Shown piece after piece: positions 9,781 through 20,110 of a stretch of 64,000 nucleotides of DNA; the first letter of the stretch is position 1; the number at the start of each line of letters is the position of its first letter. Both the position numbers and the translations under genes were made by a program. The DNA is from Acidobacteriota bacterium. Its GTDB lineage: Bacteria; Acidobacteriota; UBA6911; RPQK01; CBDDCF01. The notes below the pieces were generated by a model. That model had not been told where the DNA came from, did not search any database, and saw only the letters and a list, made by a program, of their open reading frames with translations. The stretch covers positions 11,310-75,309 of the forward strand of contig CBDDCF010000019.1 of NCBI GenBank assembly GCA_965225995.1, given 5' to 3'.

Positions 9781-10689
9781 TCAGCTCCCGCTCTGAATCC
9801 ACTCCACCAGCTTCCTATAGGTTTCGTCTCCCACCTGAAACCGGGCTCCTCCCGTGTGGGTCTTGAGGCTGGCCGGCGAGGGCAGCGTCTGGGGGGCGGG
9901 CTTGGTCGGCTTGACCAGCAACAGACTGGCTTCCGGATCATCCAGGTTGATGACGCGCAGCACTGAACGGTAGTACTGGCGCGCCCTCTCGGTTTCATCT
10001 TCTATGGTCTCCACCGGAAGGAGATGCATGATAGTCCGGTTCTTGTGGCATTCCACACAAGCGGTCGCGTCGCTTCCCGGAGTCGTGAGAACGGGTACGA
10101 TCTCGGAACGGAATCGCGAGAAGTCAGGTACTCTCGAGGCTAGCTTGATCTGGTGGACCGTAGATAGGGCTTCGGCTACGGCCGGATTGGCGGCCAGGCC
10201 GGGATCGAGCTGGGTCAATGACAAGGCTACCTGTGCTAGGTCCGTGTCCTTTTCCAGCAATGCCGCAGCGACCAGTCCGACGATGCGAAGATCCTGGCGT
10301 ACCTCGATTCGGCTCTTGGCCAGCTCCAGCAGCGCCACCTTTCTCTCCGGAGCCTGAGCTAAGAAAGTGGTCTCCAAGCGACGCCAAACGCGGGGCGCCT
10401 TGAAGTCGATTTCCGGCAGTTGCATTGCCACCGCGGCCGCTGCCTTGAAGGCGTCCATGTCGGGAGCGCGGAGGGCACGTAACAACTTGGCCTGGACCGG
10501 ACGTTCCCTAATCAGCTCGGGGTGAGCGAGCAGTGCCAGTGCCTCGGCCATCCCGGCTTCATCTTCCAGGAAGGCCTGCTGAACAGCCTCAACAGAATTG
10601 GACTGCCCAGCCGGGTCAGCCACCATCAGCAGCAGCACTGGTAACAAGGCGACCGCGGCCCAAGAAACTCGGCAACGAAAAGCTCTCAT
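9781..10689 (-). CDS. secreted protein with a single CXXCH heme-binding motif (putative c-type cytochrome domain)
   Basis: 302-aa ORF with signal peptide MRAFRCRVSWAAVALLPVLLLMVADPAGQS. It has a helical-repeat-like N-terminal part and a CVECH motif near the C-terminus. Confidence 0.65.
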   Translation of the reverse strand: MRAFRCRVSWAAVALLPVLLLMVADPAGQSNSVEAVQQAFLEDEAGMAEALALLAHPELIRERPVQAKLLRALRAPDMDAFKAAAAVAMQLPEIDFKAPRVWRRLETTFLAQAPERKVALLELAKSRIEVRQDLRIVGLVAAALLEKDTDLAQVALSLTQLDPGLAANPAVAEALSTVHQIKLASRVPDFSRFRSEIVPVLTTPGSDATACVECHKNRTIMHLLPVETIEDETERARQYYRSVLRVINLDDPEASLLLVKPTKPAPQTLPSPASLKTHTGGARFQVGDETYRKLVEWIQSGS

Positions 10690-10691
10690 GA

Positions 10692-10895
10692 ATCGACTCC
10701 TTCAACTGGGGAAGAGCGCCAAACTCCCGCAGTATAGCAGTCGACTCATTCGATTGCGGGTTCGTCACATCCTCGCCTTGGCATCGAGAGGCGTCGTCTT
10801 TCTTGGAGGGGCTCAACAGCCGAGAGGACGTAATCGTTTCAGAACTCGTTCTGGTTGAATTCTATACTTTGTTACGCAACCCGACAGTGGTAAAG
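10692..10895 (+). pseudogene. remnant of a PIN-domain (VapC-like) toxin gene
   Basis: The frame is open from the stop at 10689-10691. It reads ...IAVDSFDCGFVTSSPWHREASSFLEGLNSREDVIVSELVLVEFYTLLRNPTVV, which resembles a VapC N-terminal half. It has no credible start and is cut off where the 335-bp palindromic repeat begins. Confidence 0.35.
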
Positions 10896-10904
10896 CTATG
10901 CTTC

Positions 10905-11240
10905 TCGAGATCTGCCTCGCCGCCTCGGTGCCAACCCACGCGTTGTAGGAGTCGGCTCCGCCCGGCGAACTCCCTTCGGCCTAACGGACCGCAAGCTTCT
11001 GAAATTCTTGTGTCCTACCACCTCCCAAACTTGTTCATTGAGGCAGAAAATCACACCTGGGAATCAGCCAAACGCCCGGAGTTCGCCACCCGGAGGTTGC
11101 TCCTACAATGCGTGGACTGCTTGGGAGCGGCAAGGCACTCAGAATTGTGGGCAAGGATGGAGCCCGTCGACAACTTCGGTGGCACAGAGATCAGTCCCAA
11201 GAAATGGGCCGGCCTTTTCGCCCAGGCGCAAGCTGCAAGG
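10905..11240. repeat. about 335-bp palindromic dispersed element, copy 1
   Basis: 38-nt inverted arms at 10936..10973 (CCACGCGTTGTAGGAGTCGGCTCCGCCCGGCGAACTCC) and 11078..11115 (GGAGTTCGCCACCCGGAGGTTGCTCCTACAATGCGTGG) with a conserved 104-nt centre. A second full copy lies at 23105..23450 and a half copy at 37079..37117. Confidence 0.7.
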
Positions 11241-11249
11241 GAGAGGTGC

Positions 11250-14200
11250 CTAGTCCGCTTTCAGGGCCGGGAGCATAGGGATCCGGAGGGCGGCTCGGAC
11301 GGCGACCAGGCAGGCCAGCATTCCGGTGGCCAGGACTCCGGTCAACGTGAGAGCCAGGGAGCCCAGCGGAAACCCTCCGGAGGCTGCTAACGGAGCGACA
11401 GCCACCAGGGCGGCGCCTCCGCCCAGCAGGATGCCGACTACTAAGAGAAAGGCATTCTCGGCCACCACCAGCCAGCCCAGATGGGCTCGACGAAATCCGA
11501 AAGCTCGCAGAGTGGCCAGTTCGCGGCGCCGTTCCACAACATTGCGCACCAGGATCACACCCAGCCCAAGAGTGCCCAGCAGCAGCCCAAAGCCTCCCAG
11601 GGTCTGAAAGGTGGAGATATAGGTTCCGCGCACCGCCTGATAGCGAGCCAGTTTCTCTCCGGTCGAACTCACATCGAACCCAAACCGGCTCAGTCCATCT
11701 TCTAATTGACTGGTCAGTTCTTCTCCTTGTTCCAGGGCCGAATCGATCAGGAAGTACTGGTAGCCGGTGCGACGTGGAAAGTGCTTCAGGAATCGGTCCT
11801 CTGAAATCAGGAGCTCACTCTGGAAGATGCTGTTCTGGATTAGGCCTACCAGGCGAAGGCGTAAACTCTGGCCATTGTCGTCGATAAACTCTAGCTCATC
11901 CCCCAGTCCCAGCTTGAGTATCCAGAGAACTGATTCGTGGTCCCCAAAGGCGGGAATCACTCCCTCGCCGAGATCCTGATCGAGGAGACGCCAGGGAGCA
12001 TTGGTTGGCTCTGGTGTGTCCACCGAAAAACCCCCTCGTTGGACCATCGAGGCCGGGACGCCTAGGACCCGAGGCTGTTGTGGCTCGTACAGATTCAGAC
12101 AACTGGTATCGTCGCCAGGCAGGACTCGGAAGGGGAAGAAACGGGCGGCGTCGAGGATGTTGGAATCTGGAATGCCCAAATCGAAGCGGGCATCAGAGTC
12201 GGAGAGGTCCTGCAAGAGAGGAATATCAGAGGTCGCAACCAACGAAAACCCTCCCGTCCCGGAGGTGCGATCGAGTGAGTCCTGAGGCAAATTGGAACGG
12301 AACATTCCGACCGCCACGATCACGAAACAGGCGCAGGCCACCAAGGCCGTGCTGAGAACACTTCTTTGAGGATTGCGAGACGCATTGCGCGCCGCCATGC
12401 GCAACGTATCCGACGACCCACCGGGGCGAAAGCCCTTGCCGGAGGCGCCGCGAATACGGGCGCTGAAGCCGCACAGACCGGCCGTCAACAGGAGCGATCC
12501 GACCAGGAAGAAGACGATCGACACGGTTCCCGAGCCGGCTCCTTGCCGAATCTGAAGAGCGCCCCAGGCAAGCATGGCCAATGCGAGGACCAGACTGGTC
12601 AATGCGATCTGCCGCGCCCGAAGTCCCGATTTCACTGTCCCCTCGCTCTCGACTACCCCACGCAGCAGTCCGGGTTTGGGTTGCCGGACCATTTTTCGAA
12701 TCGCCAACCAGATCGAGAAAATAACCGCCAGACAGGAGATTACGTACCCCAGAATCAGGCTGAGCGAAGTGACGTGCAGGAAGAGAAAGGAGGTTCCCAC
12801 CGCATCCAACCACCAGGTTCGGAGTGCCAGCATCATGGTAGCCGCGAAGAGGGCTGCGCCCGGCAAACCGACGATTCCACCGAGCAAGCTCAGGACCAGG
12901 CCCTCGCCCAGTAGCCGCTTTAAAACAAGGTGCGGCGGATAGCCGACCGACAGCAACAAACCCACTTCGGGGGAGCGCAGTTCGGTCGACAGGCGAAAGA
13001 GCATAGAGACGAGCAGCAGAGCCGAAACGATGAGAAAGAGACTGAACCCGATAAATAAGCCGGAGAAATCAGTCGGCCCACTGGCAGCCGCGAGCCCCTG
13101 CGCCTTGACAGGTCGGAACACAAAGCCCGATTGCCGGGGATCCAGACCTGTGATCAGATCCTGGACAAACGCTCCTCCCCTGGAGGCCTCAGAATCGCTG
13201 ACTCGAATCGAGGTCAGAGAACCGAACCGGCTACTCCACAGACGGGCTCCCGTGGCCGCGCTGACGAAGGCCTTGGGTAAAGACTTGTGATCATCCCAGT
13301 AGGCCTCGTCTTTCGGCCTGATGGCGTCGAGATCGACCGGAAACGGAGGGTCCCAGGCCTTCATGTCCTCAGCTTCGTGGATCCCTGGAAACTCCGGTGT
13401 CAGACGGGGATCGGCAGCCAATCCGGTGAAGGTAGCGATCCCTCCAATTCGCAGCTCAACCGACTCTACTCTCAGCTGATCACCCGGACCGACTGCATAG
13501 TAGGAAATCCGAGCGCGATCTCCGGTTAACGCCCCCAGGTCCTGGGATGCCCACTGACTGAGAAAAACCTCGTCATCCCGAATTGCAGAAATGGGGCCCG
13601 CCGTCGCAGTCAGGCCGGGCAAGCTTCCTCCAGCTGGGAGTTCGACAGCTGAAATGGTCGAGTAAGGAACCGATCTTTCCCCAATTCGAATCTCGTTGGC
13701 AAGATAGGTAATCACATCCTGAATCGCCCGCCCCTGGCGCTGAGCGAGTTCCCGAATTGAGGAAACGAACCCAGGAGCGAGCACGAACTGATCGCTCTCG
13801 ATCACACAATATCCTTCTCCTTCGAGCACTTTCAGTCCCAGGTCGGCAGGCCGCAAAGAAGCCTTGAGCAAGGACGCCAAATCGGGTTCGGAAGCCCCGT
13901 CGGAGGTCCGACTCGCCACCAGTGCGTTGGCCATCTCGGGCCGCTCCAAGGCCCGCTGCAAGACTTCGATATCGGTGAAGATGTTGAGCGGCTCGGCCTG
14001 TTCCGGACGCAGCGAGAATCGACCCGGCCCTTGATTGGGAATCACTTCCCGCACCGTCAGACGTAGGGTCTGGATCTGGTCCTCCGGATCGCGCCGGCCC
14101 AACAACGATTCGCGATGGATGTGGGACTCGCGCGGCAGATGCAGGAGGACCTGATCCCCTACCTGAACGTCAAGTTCTGCTTGAACCCGTTGATTGAGCA

Positions 14201-14603
14201 CGATCGAGGGAAAGATCTGTCCCGGTTCCCTGTCGAAAGGGATTGAGGCAGAGAAGAAATCCTCGAAACCGGGAGCAATGCCATAGATGTTTACCTGAGA
14301 TGCACGGCGGTTGGAACGGGGCTTGACGACTGCTCCCCGGATCGCGATCAAGGCGTCCACGCGTTCCAGCAGGGCGGACTCTTCCCCTTTCTGCTGGAGG
14401 CGACCAGCCAGATCGATCCCGAAGAAACGGGGAGCCACCAGGGCTTCATCGATTCGACCCAGTCGATCCAGGGTCAGGTCGCGCAGACTACCTCGCACTG
14501 AATCCCCGACCAGCAACGCCCCTGTCACCGTGGCACACGCGACGGCCACCGCGATCACGATCAGCAAATTAATCAGCCAGTAGTACTTCAGGCTGGCAAA
14601 CAT
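11250..14603 (-). CDS. ABC transporter permease, large duplicated FtsX/MacB-type (1117 aa)
   Basis: An N-terminal TM helix is followed by a large extracytoplasmic domain and an FtsX-like TM cluster. A second extracytoplasmic domain and a C-terminal FtsX module (RRELATLRAFGFRRAHLGWLVVAENAFLL) follow. The start overlaps the stop of the upstream ATPase gene by 16 nt. Confidence 0.85.
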   Translation of the reverse strand: MFASLKYYWLINLLIVIAVAVACATVTGALLVGDSVRGSLRDLTLDRLGRIDEALVAPRFFGIDLAGRLQQKGEESALLERVDALIAIRGAVVKPRSNRRASQVNIYGIAPGFEDFFSASIPFDREPGQIFPSIVLNQRVQAELDVQVGDQVLLHLPRESHIHRESLLGRRDPEDQIQTLRLTVREVIPNQGPGRFSLRPEQAEPLNIFTDIEVLQRALERPEMANALVASRTSDGASEPDLASLLKASLRPADLGLKVLEGEGYCVIESDQFVLAPGFVSSIRELAQRQGRAIQDVITYLANEIRIGERSVPYSTISAVELPAGGSLPGLTATAGPISAIRDDEVFLSQWASQDLGALTGDRARISYYAVGPGDQLRVESVELRIGGIATFTGLAADPRLTPEFPGIHEAEDMKAWDPPFPVDLDAIRPKDEAYWDDHKSLPKAFVSAATGARLWSSRFGSLTSIRVSDSEASRGGAFVQDLITGLDPRQSGFVFRPVKAQGLAAASGPTDFSGLFIGFSLFLIVSALLLVSMLFRLSTELRSPEVGLLLSVGYPPHLVLKRLLGEGLVLSLLGGIVGLPGAALFAATMMLALRTWWLDAVGTSFLFLHVTSLSLILGYVISCLAVIFSIWLAIRKMVRQPKPGLLRGVVESEGTVKSGLRARQIALTSLVLALAMLAWGALQIRQGAGSGTVSIVFFLVGSLLLTAGLCGFSARIRGASGKGFRPGGSSDTLRMAARNASRNPQRSVLSTALVACACFVIVAVGMFRSNLPQDSLDRTSGTGGFSLVATSDIPLLQDLSDSDARFDLGIPDSNILDAARFFPFRVLPGDDTSCLNLYEPQQPRVLGVPASMVQRGGFSVDTPEPTNAPWRLLDQDLGEGVIPAFGDHESVLWILKLGLGDELEFIDDNGQSLRLRLVGLIQNSIFQSELLISEDRFLKHFPRRTGYQYFLIDSALEQGEELTSQLEDGLSRFGFDVSSTGEKLARYQAVRGTYISTFQTLGGFGLLLGTLGLGVILVRNVVERRRELATLRAFGFRRAHLGWLVVAENAFLLVVGILLGGGAALVAVAPLAASGGFPLGSLALTLTGVLATGMLACLVAVRAALRIPMLPALKAD

Positions 14604-15271
14604 CGTCCCTCCCGAAGCTCGAAGTGGCGGTCAAAACGTTTTGCCAGAAGAGCACTATGGGTGACCGCGATCAGCATCGCTCCTTCCTGTTCATGGAGTT
14701 CGAAGAGCAAGTCGGCTACCGCCTCGGCGTTGCTCGAGTCGAGACTCCCGGTCGGCTCGTCGCAGAGGAGCAGACTGGGCTTGTTGATCAGCGCCCGAGC
14801 GACGGCCGCCCGCTGCCGCTCGCCTCCGGACAGAGCGGCTGGCCGATGTTCCAAGCGGGGTCCCAGGCCGACTCTGTCCAGCAGATCGCGAGCCCGCTCC
14901 AGCGTCCCCCCCTTGCCATCCCTTACCGCCATGCTCGGAATCAGGACATTCTCCAAAACATTGTATTGAGGTAATAGGTGATGATCCTGAAAGACGAAGC
15001 CAATCACGCGACTCCGAAAACCTGCCAGATCGATCTCGCTCATAGCAAGCGGATCGCGTCCCTGAATTTGAATCCGACCCGTGGTCGGACTGTCGAGGGT
15101 GCCGATCAAATGGAGAAGGGTGCTCTTGCCCGATCCGGATGGTCCCGTGACGGCCAGATTGGCTCCCGCTTCCAAGGAAAACGAGATGCCTTTCAGCACT
15201 TCCACTTTCACGCTACCGGAAGAGAAAGACTTCGTGACTTCGGAAACCGTCAAACCATTTGAATCGGACAC
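14588..15271 (-). CDS. ABC transporter ATP-binding protein (LolD/MacB type)
   Basis: Walker A GPSGSGKST, signature LSGGERQR, Walker B LLLCDEPTGSLD. Confidence 0.95.
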   Translation of the reverse strand: MSDSNGLTVSEVTKSFSSGSVKVEVLKGISFSLEAGANLAVTGPSGSGKSTLLHLIGTLDSPTTGRIQIQGRDPLAMSEIDLAGFRSRVIGFVFQDHHLLPQYNVLENVLIPSMAVRDGKGGTLERARDLLDRVGLGPRLEHRPAALSGGERQRAAVARALINKPSLLLCDEPTGSLDSSNAEAVADLLFELHEQEGAMLIAVTHSALLAKRFDRHFELREGRCLPA

Positions 15272-15545
15272 TTTTCCCTCCTGGGCAGGATTTAACCATC
15301 TCCGATTCTAACTCGTTTGACGCCTCATCAACAGTTCACTCTCAGGACCAGGACGCCGGTCGGAGCCATTCTCGTCCCGCCTCGTGCTATTCGGGACCTT
15401 CGGGGCGAGGAATTCCGGATCTTTCTCCACGAAGAACAGAGAGAACACGAAGCTCGTTGGAACGCCCACTTTCCTTATTACCGCGAATGGAATAGACTAT
15501 TACTGTCAGCGTAATATTTATGATCAGATCTAATAAGGAAGACTG

Positions 15546-15893
15546 ATGCCTGAGAACCGCAACAACTCGCATCCTACGCCGCTTTCTCCAACCGTTTTTC
15601 ACATCTTACTAGCGCTCGAGGCCGGACCTCTCCACGGCTATGCCATCATGCAAGCACTGGCCGAGGAGGCGCAGGGGGTAGTCAAGGTAGGACCGGGAAC
15701 CATCTACGGTTCCCTGCAACGGATGGAAACTTGGGGATTGGTGGAAGAGATCCGGATCCAGTCCGATGACCGTCGCCGGCATTTTCGGGCCACTCTGGCT
15801 GGCCGCACGGCGCTTCGTGCTGAAGCGGGCCGCCTGGTGAGGCTCGCCAATCAAGTCGTAGCTCGAAAACTGGTTCCTCGGGAGGGATCTTGA
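15546..15893 (+). CDS. PadR-family transcriptional regulator
   Basis: 115-aa ORF with a winged-helix PadR pattern (HILLALEAGPLHGYAIMQAL...GPGTIYGSLQRMETWGLVEE). AAGGAA lies upstream of the ATG, and the stop overlaps the start of the downstream permease gene. Confidence 0.9.
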   Translation: MPENRNNSHPTPLSPTVFHILLALEAGPLHGYAIMQALAEEAQGVVKVGPGTIYGSLQRMETWGLVEEIRIQSDDRRRHFRATLAGRTALRAEAGRLVRLANQVVARKLVPREGS

Positions 15894-18574
15894 ACCGAAT
15901 AGCCTTGCGCCTGTGCCTTCGCTTCTCAATCCGGATTTATCGCCTCCTGATTACCTGCTATCCGGAGACATTTCGGAGACGCTTTTCCCACGACCTCTTG
16001 AGAGATGGCTCAGAGGCCTTGAGCGATGCCGTCGAGAATCGGGGAGCCTGGGGAGTGGCGGCCGCCTGGAGCGTTCTGCTCCCAGATTGGTTGGTATCTT
16101 TGCAGATGACTCGCCGGATGCAGCCTGGCCGAGCTGATGCCCCGCGCCGCGAATCAGCCCTCCATGGGCTTGGATTCGGACTCCGGCTGGCCGCCCGCTC
16201 GCTCCGAAACACCCCTGCCGACAGCCTATCCGTGCTCGCCATTCTGGCCCTTGTTTTCGCAGCCGGCAGCCTCGTTTGGAGCGTCTACGAAGGGACCCTG
16301 ATCGCTCCTCTTCCGTATGCAGACCCGGATCGCCTTTATTTCTTGTGGCAAGCAGAACCGGGCCATCCGGAAGCGGGCCTGTCGGTCCCTAACTTCCTTG
16401 ACCTGGAGAGGGAATCGGGAGAGTCACTGGAATTGGCTGCCTATCAGGACGGCACTGCGACCTGGGCGGGGGAGGATTTCCCGGTCCGAGTTCATGTGGC
16501 CCGGGGAACCCCCGACCTTCCGCGACTCTTGGGAATGGAGCCCCTACTCGGGCGATCCTTCCAACCCAACGAGGAGCCTGACTCGATTATTCTGCTACAC
16601 GGGTTCTGGAAGAGCCATCTGGGAGCGGCTCGGGACATCGTAGGACGTGACCTACTATTGGCAGGTCGGCAGCACAGGGTGGTGGGCGTAGCGGGACCTT
16701 CCTTCGAGATTCCTGGAGCCTCACAGATCGACATTCTGGGGGCGGCCCAGCTCCGTGCGGAGTCGTCTTGTGGCCGGGGCTGCTCCTCACATACTGCGAT
16801 TGCCAGGATTCATCCGGAAGCCACCAGTTTCGAGGCAGAGCGGATCCTAAAGCGGCAAATGGCGGCTCTGGCAGAGAGCTTCCCCAGCGACAATGCCCAG
16901 ACAACGGTGCGCCTGGTGCCTCTCAAGCAGCCGCTCAGAGGCCACCTCGAAGCTCCTTTTCGAGTGTTGCTTGGCGGATCTTTCCTGGTGCTTCTGATAG
17001 CTCTGGCCAACATCTCGGGTTTGTCCCTGTCGCGCGGCCTCGCGCGTAGCTCAGAGTCTTCGCTGCGCCAAGCCTTGGGGGCATCGCGCAGGGATATTTG
17101 GAAGCAGCCGCTGCTCGAGAGTCTGATACTCGCAATCGGTGCCACCGCTCTGGGTCATCTTGCAGCTGTTTGGGCACTGCCTGCGTTATTGGCTCTAGCC
17201 CCCGACGAAGTGGCTCGACTCGATCACTTAGAAGTCTCGCTCGCGCATGCGGTACCGCTTATCGGACTCTCCATCGGAGTCGCTCTGATCTTAAGTTGGG
17301 CACAGGTGTTGGGAAAAGCGCGACCGACAGAAAGCGCGATTTTCCATGCCGCTTCGCGAATTGCCAGCTCACGATCCGCCGGAGGAATGCGGCGAGCCCT
17401 CGTCACCATCCAGGTGTCTCTCACGGCGATTTTGCTTTCGGGATCGATTCTGCTCCTGCAAAGTTCAAGCCGACTCGCGAAGCTGGATCCTGGATTTGTG
17501 CCCGAACACCTGGTGATGGCCAGAATTGCCTTTTCCGGAGAACGCTACGAATCGCGCGCTACACGAAGTGCCTTCCATCGCGAATTGCGAGAGAGACTCG
17601 AGCGGAGGCCACAAATCCGACAGGCAGCCGCCAGTTGGCTTCCACCGGTCAGCCCGGGCAGTAACGTTTCGACCAGCTATTGGGTGGAAGGGCGAGTTGA
17701 GCCCTCCCCGGGGACCCGCCCGGAAGCCGAGTTGCGCGCCGTCACCGAAAACTACTTTGCTACCACTCGGATTCCTCTCCTGGCAGGACGTGACTTCAAC
17801 CGGCATGACGATCTCCGGTCAATTCCGATCGCGATCGTCAGCCAATCTTTGGCGGAACGAGTCTGGCCGAGCCAGAACCCGATAGGGCAAAGGCTGACCC
17901 ATGGACTTCGCTTCGCAAGTGAGTCAGGAACGGATGAGTTCCGCGAGGTTGTGGGAGTGGTAGGAGACGTTCGGGTTCTGGGCTTGTCTCGACCCTCTCT
18001 ACCGATGATCTACATCCCCTATGACCAGTCCTTCCCCTCGGCGATGAGCGTGGTGGTGAGAGGTGAGGATGCACACGGCGAGTTGGTCACCGCAATTCGG
18101 ACCGAAGTAGCTGAGATGGATCCGCTGCTGCCCCTATTTTGGATCGATTCGTTGGATCGGGTCCTGACTGCCTCGATCGCCGGTCCCCGGTTCCTCTCTC
18201 TACTGGCCAGCTTGTTTGCCGGCCTGGCTGTGACGCTGGCACTGGCCAGCAGCTACGCAGTCCTGAGTTTTCGCGTGATTTCCCATCACCGTGAACTCGG
18301 AATTCGCATCGCCCTGGGGGCCGCTCCAATGGATCTGCGACGCTGGGTCCTGAGGGCAGCCCTACGGGTGTGCCTACCCGGAATTGGGATTGGCTTCTGC
18401 GGGGCGGTGTCGCTCAGCCGCTCCCTGGAAGGTTGGATCCAGAGAGTGCAGCGTGTAGATCCTTTTTCACTTCTGAGCGCCAGTTTCGGATTGGCTCTGG
18501 CAAGCCTCTGCGCCAGCTACTTACCGGCCCGAAAAGCCACCCGAATCGACCCCGCCAGAATGCTCAGGGAGTAG
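15890..18574 (+). CDS. ADOP-type duplicated FtsX/MacB permease (894 aa)
   Basis: A permease-prefix N-terminus is followed by two MacB-like periplasmic domains, each with an FtsX 4-TM module. The C-terminus YLPARKATRIDPARMLRE is typical of FtsX-family ends. Coupled to padR, as is usual for acidobacterial duplicated orphan permeases. Confidence 0.9.
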   Translation: MNRIALRLCLRFSIRIYRLLITCYPETFRRRFSHDLLRDGSEALSDAVENRGAWGVAAAWSVLLPDWLVSLQMTRRMQPGRADAPRRESALHGLGFGLRLAARSLRNTPADSLSVLAILALVFAAGSLVWSVYEGTLIAPLPYADPDRLYFLWQAEPGHPEAGLSVPNFLDLERESGESLELAAYQDGTATWAGEDFPVRVHVARGTPDLPRLLGMEPLLGRSFQPNEEPDSIILLHGFWKSHLGAARDIVGRDLLLAGRQHRVVGVAGPSFEIPGASQIDILGAAQLRAESSCGRGCSSHTAIARIHPEATSFEAERILKRQMAALAESFPSDNAQTTVRLVPLKQPLRGHLEAPFRVLLGGSFLVLLIALANISGLSLSRGLARSSESSLRQALGASRRDIWKQPLLESLILAIGATALGHLAAVWALPALLALAPDEVARLDHLEVSLAHAVPLIGLSIGVALILSWAQVLGKARPTESAIFHAASRIASSRSAGGMRRALVTIQVSLTAILLSGSILLLQSSSRLAKLDPGFVPEHLVMARIAFSGERYESRATRSAFHRELRERLERRPQIRQAAASWLPPVSPGSNVSTSYWVEGRVEPSPGTRPEAELRAVTENYFATTRIPLLAGRDFNRHDDLRSIPIAIVSQSLAERVWPSQNPIGQRLTHGLRFASESGTDEFREVVGVVGDVRVLGLSRPSLPMIYIPYDQSFPSAMSVVVRGEDAHGELVTAIRTEVAEMDPLLPLFWIDSLDRVLTASIAGPRFLSLLASLFAGLAVTLALASSYAVLSFRVISHHRELGIRIALGAAPMDLRRWVLRAALRVCLPGIGIGFCGAVSLSRSLEGWIQRVQRVDPFSLLSASFGLALASLCASYLPARKATRIDPARMLRE

Positions 18575-18995
18575 AACTGGCATCCCTCAAGCTGTCTCAA
18601 AACTAGCCAGAATAGAGAGTTTAGCCTTCAGGAAAACGGAGTTTCAAGAGAGTGCAAGGCGCCTACCAGGTAGCGATCTTATTGAAAATAAGACCTTTGT
18701 AGTCGAACCTGACGGTCCGTTCGCGGCCTCGGAGATGTCTCCTGCGCTCCTGGAAATCACTCTCTTGAAGCCTATCAGGGAGGCTTTGAGACAGCTTGAG
18801 GCCCACCTGCTTTCCGAAGGTTGGCGCAAATCTGACTCTTGCAAAGCTCCTTTGGTCGAGGGTGGTCGGGGAGCAAGCAGGGATGCTGGGCTACTTGGGC
18901 AGGCAGGGATGCCTGTGTTAACGATCATGTAGAAGAGCGTTTTTCTGGACCATGAAGCCGGACAGTTAGAAGGGGCAGGAGAGGGCGCCGAAAGG

Positions 18996-19322
18996 TCATT
19001 TCCGAGCGGAGAGTCTTCGTTTCAGATACTGGGAGTATCCGTCTGGAAGCGGGTTTTGGAGCAGCTCCTCAATGACGGGGAGAAAGTAGTGGAGAGATCG
19101 AATCGGGGCCAGCTGTGGAGCCGTGGGAGGGCGTAAGAGTCGGCGAGCGGAGGCCAGCAGGAAAGTCTGGCGGACGGTGCACAGCGGAATCTGACGGTCA
19201 AAGAGTTGTCCTGCCAGCGATCGGTCCGGTGTCCTGCAGTGTGAGGGAGTATCGGGAAGGTCTCTGTAGGAAGCGAGCACCGCACGGACATAGCCAGGCC
19301 GGTAGAGGCATTCCTTTTTCAT
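18996..19322 (-). CDS. hypothetical protein translationally coupled to istB
   Basis: 108-aa ORF ([26 protein letters not shown]...). Its ATG overlaps the istB stop in ATGA. No family recognised. Confidence 0.5.
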   Translation of the reverse strand: MKKECLYRPGYVRAVLASYRDLPDTPSHCRTPDRSLAGQLFDRQIPLCTVRQTFLLASARRLLRPPTAPQLAPIRSLHYFLPVIEELLQNPLPDGYSQYLKRRLSARK

Positions 19323-20110
19323 TTCTGTTTTTTCTTTAGGCTGCGGCGTTGGGCGGCCTCCAGCTCACTTTCGCGACGGCGATAGCTCTGCCCTTGGATC
19401 AGACTGACGGCGGCATGATGGGTAAGACGATCCAGCAGCGAGACGATGGAAGTGGCGTTGGGAAAGACCAGGTTCCAGTTCTTAAAGGCTCGATTGGTCG
19501 TGATGAGAATGGAACGGTGCTCGTACCGTCGGTTGATGACCTCGTAGAGCAGATCAGCCGCATGAGTGTCGTAGGAGAGGTAGCCGATCTCGTCGATGCA
19601 CAGCAAAGCGGGTCGGGCATACTTCTTGAGTCTTCTTCGCAACAGCAAAGGAGAATCCGACTGCAGATCGTCGAGGAGATCCGAAGCCGTACGGAAGAGG
19701 ACGGAGTGACCGGCCAGGACGGCCGCATGAGCGATGTTCTTGGTGATCATGGTCTTGCCGAGTCCGTTAGCTCCGAGCAGAATCAGGTTTCTCCCCTCGC
19801 GGATGAAGTCCAGTGTGAGAGCTCTCTCAATCAAGGGGCGATCGATCTTTTCGGGCCAGTTCCAATCGAAGTCGGCCATGGGTTTGAAGCGACCGATGCG
19901 AGCACAGCGCAGGCGTCGCTCAAGGGAACGGCGGGCTTTCTCAGTGGCTTCCCTGCGAGCCATCTCTTCGATCAGAGTGCGGGGATCCCAGCGGCCCTTG
20001 ATGGCGCGAGCGAGAAAGTCGTCCAGTTCGCCCGCTAGACAGTAAAAGCCGAGGCGAGCGAGTTCTTGGGTCAGTTCATTCGGATTGGGGTTCGGATTGA
20101 GTGAGTTCAC
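19319..20110 (-). CDS. istB: IS21-family helper ATPase IstB
   Basis: Walker A GANGLGKT, Walker [10 protein letters not shown]. Start set at GTG 20110 ([15 protein letters not shown]). The 403-aa ORF in the track extends upstream only because the frame stays open inside istA. Confidence 0.9.
   Translation of the reverse strand: MNSLNPNPNPNELTQELARLGFYCLAGELDDFLARAIKGRWDPRTLIEEMARREATEKARRSLERRLRCARIGRFKPMADFDWNWPEKIDRPLIERALTLDFIREGRNLILLGANGLGKTMITKNIAHAAVLAGHSVLFRTASDLLDDLQSDSPLLLRRRLKKYARPALLCIDEIGYLSYDTHAADLLYEVINRRYEHRSILITTNRAFKNWNLVFPNATSIVSLLDRLTHHAAVSLIQGQSYRRRESELEAAQRRSLKKKQK

Noticed and set aside
10803-11390. 195-aa + strand ORF spanning the repeat and the 3' end of the permease gene
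   Set aside because: It is a chimera of the VapC-like remnant, non-coding repeat sequence and antisense permease sequence.
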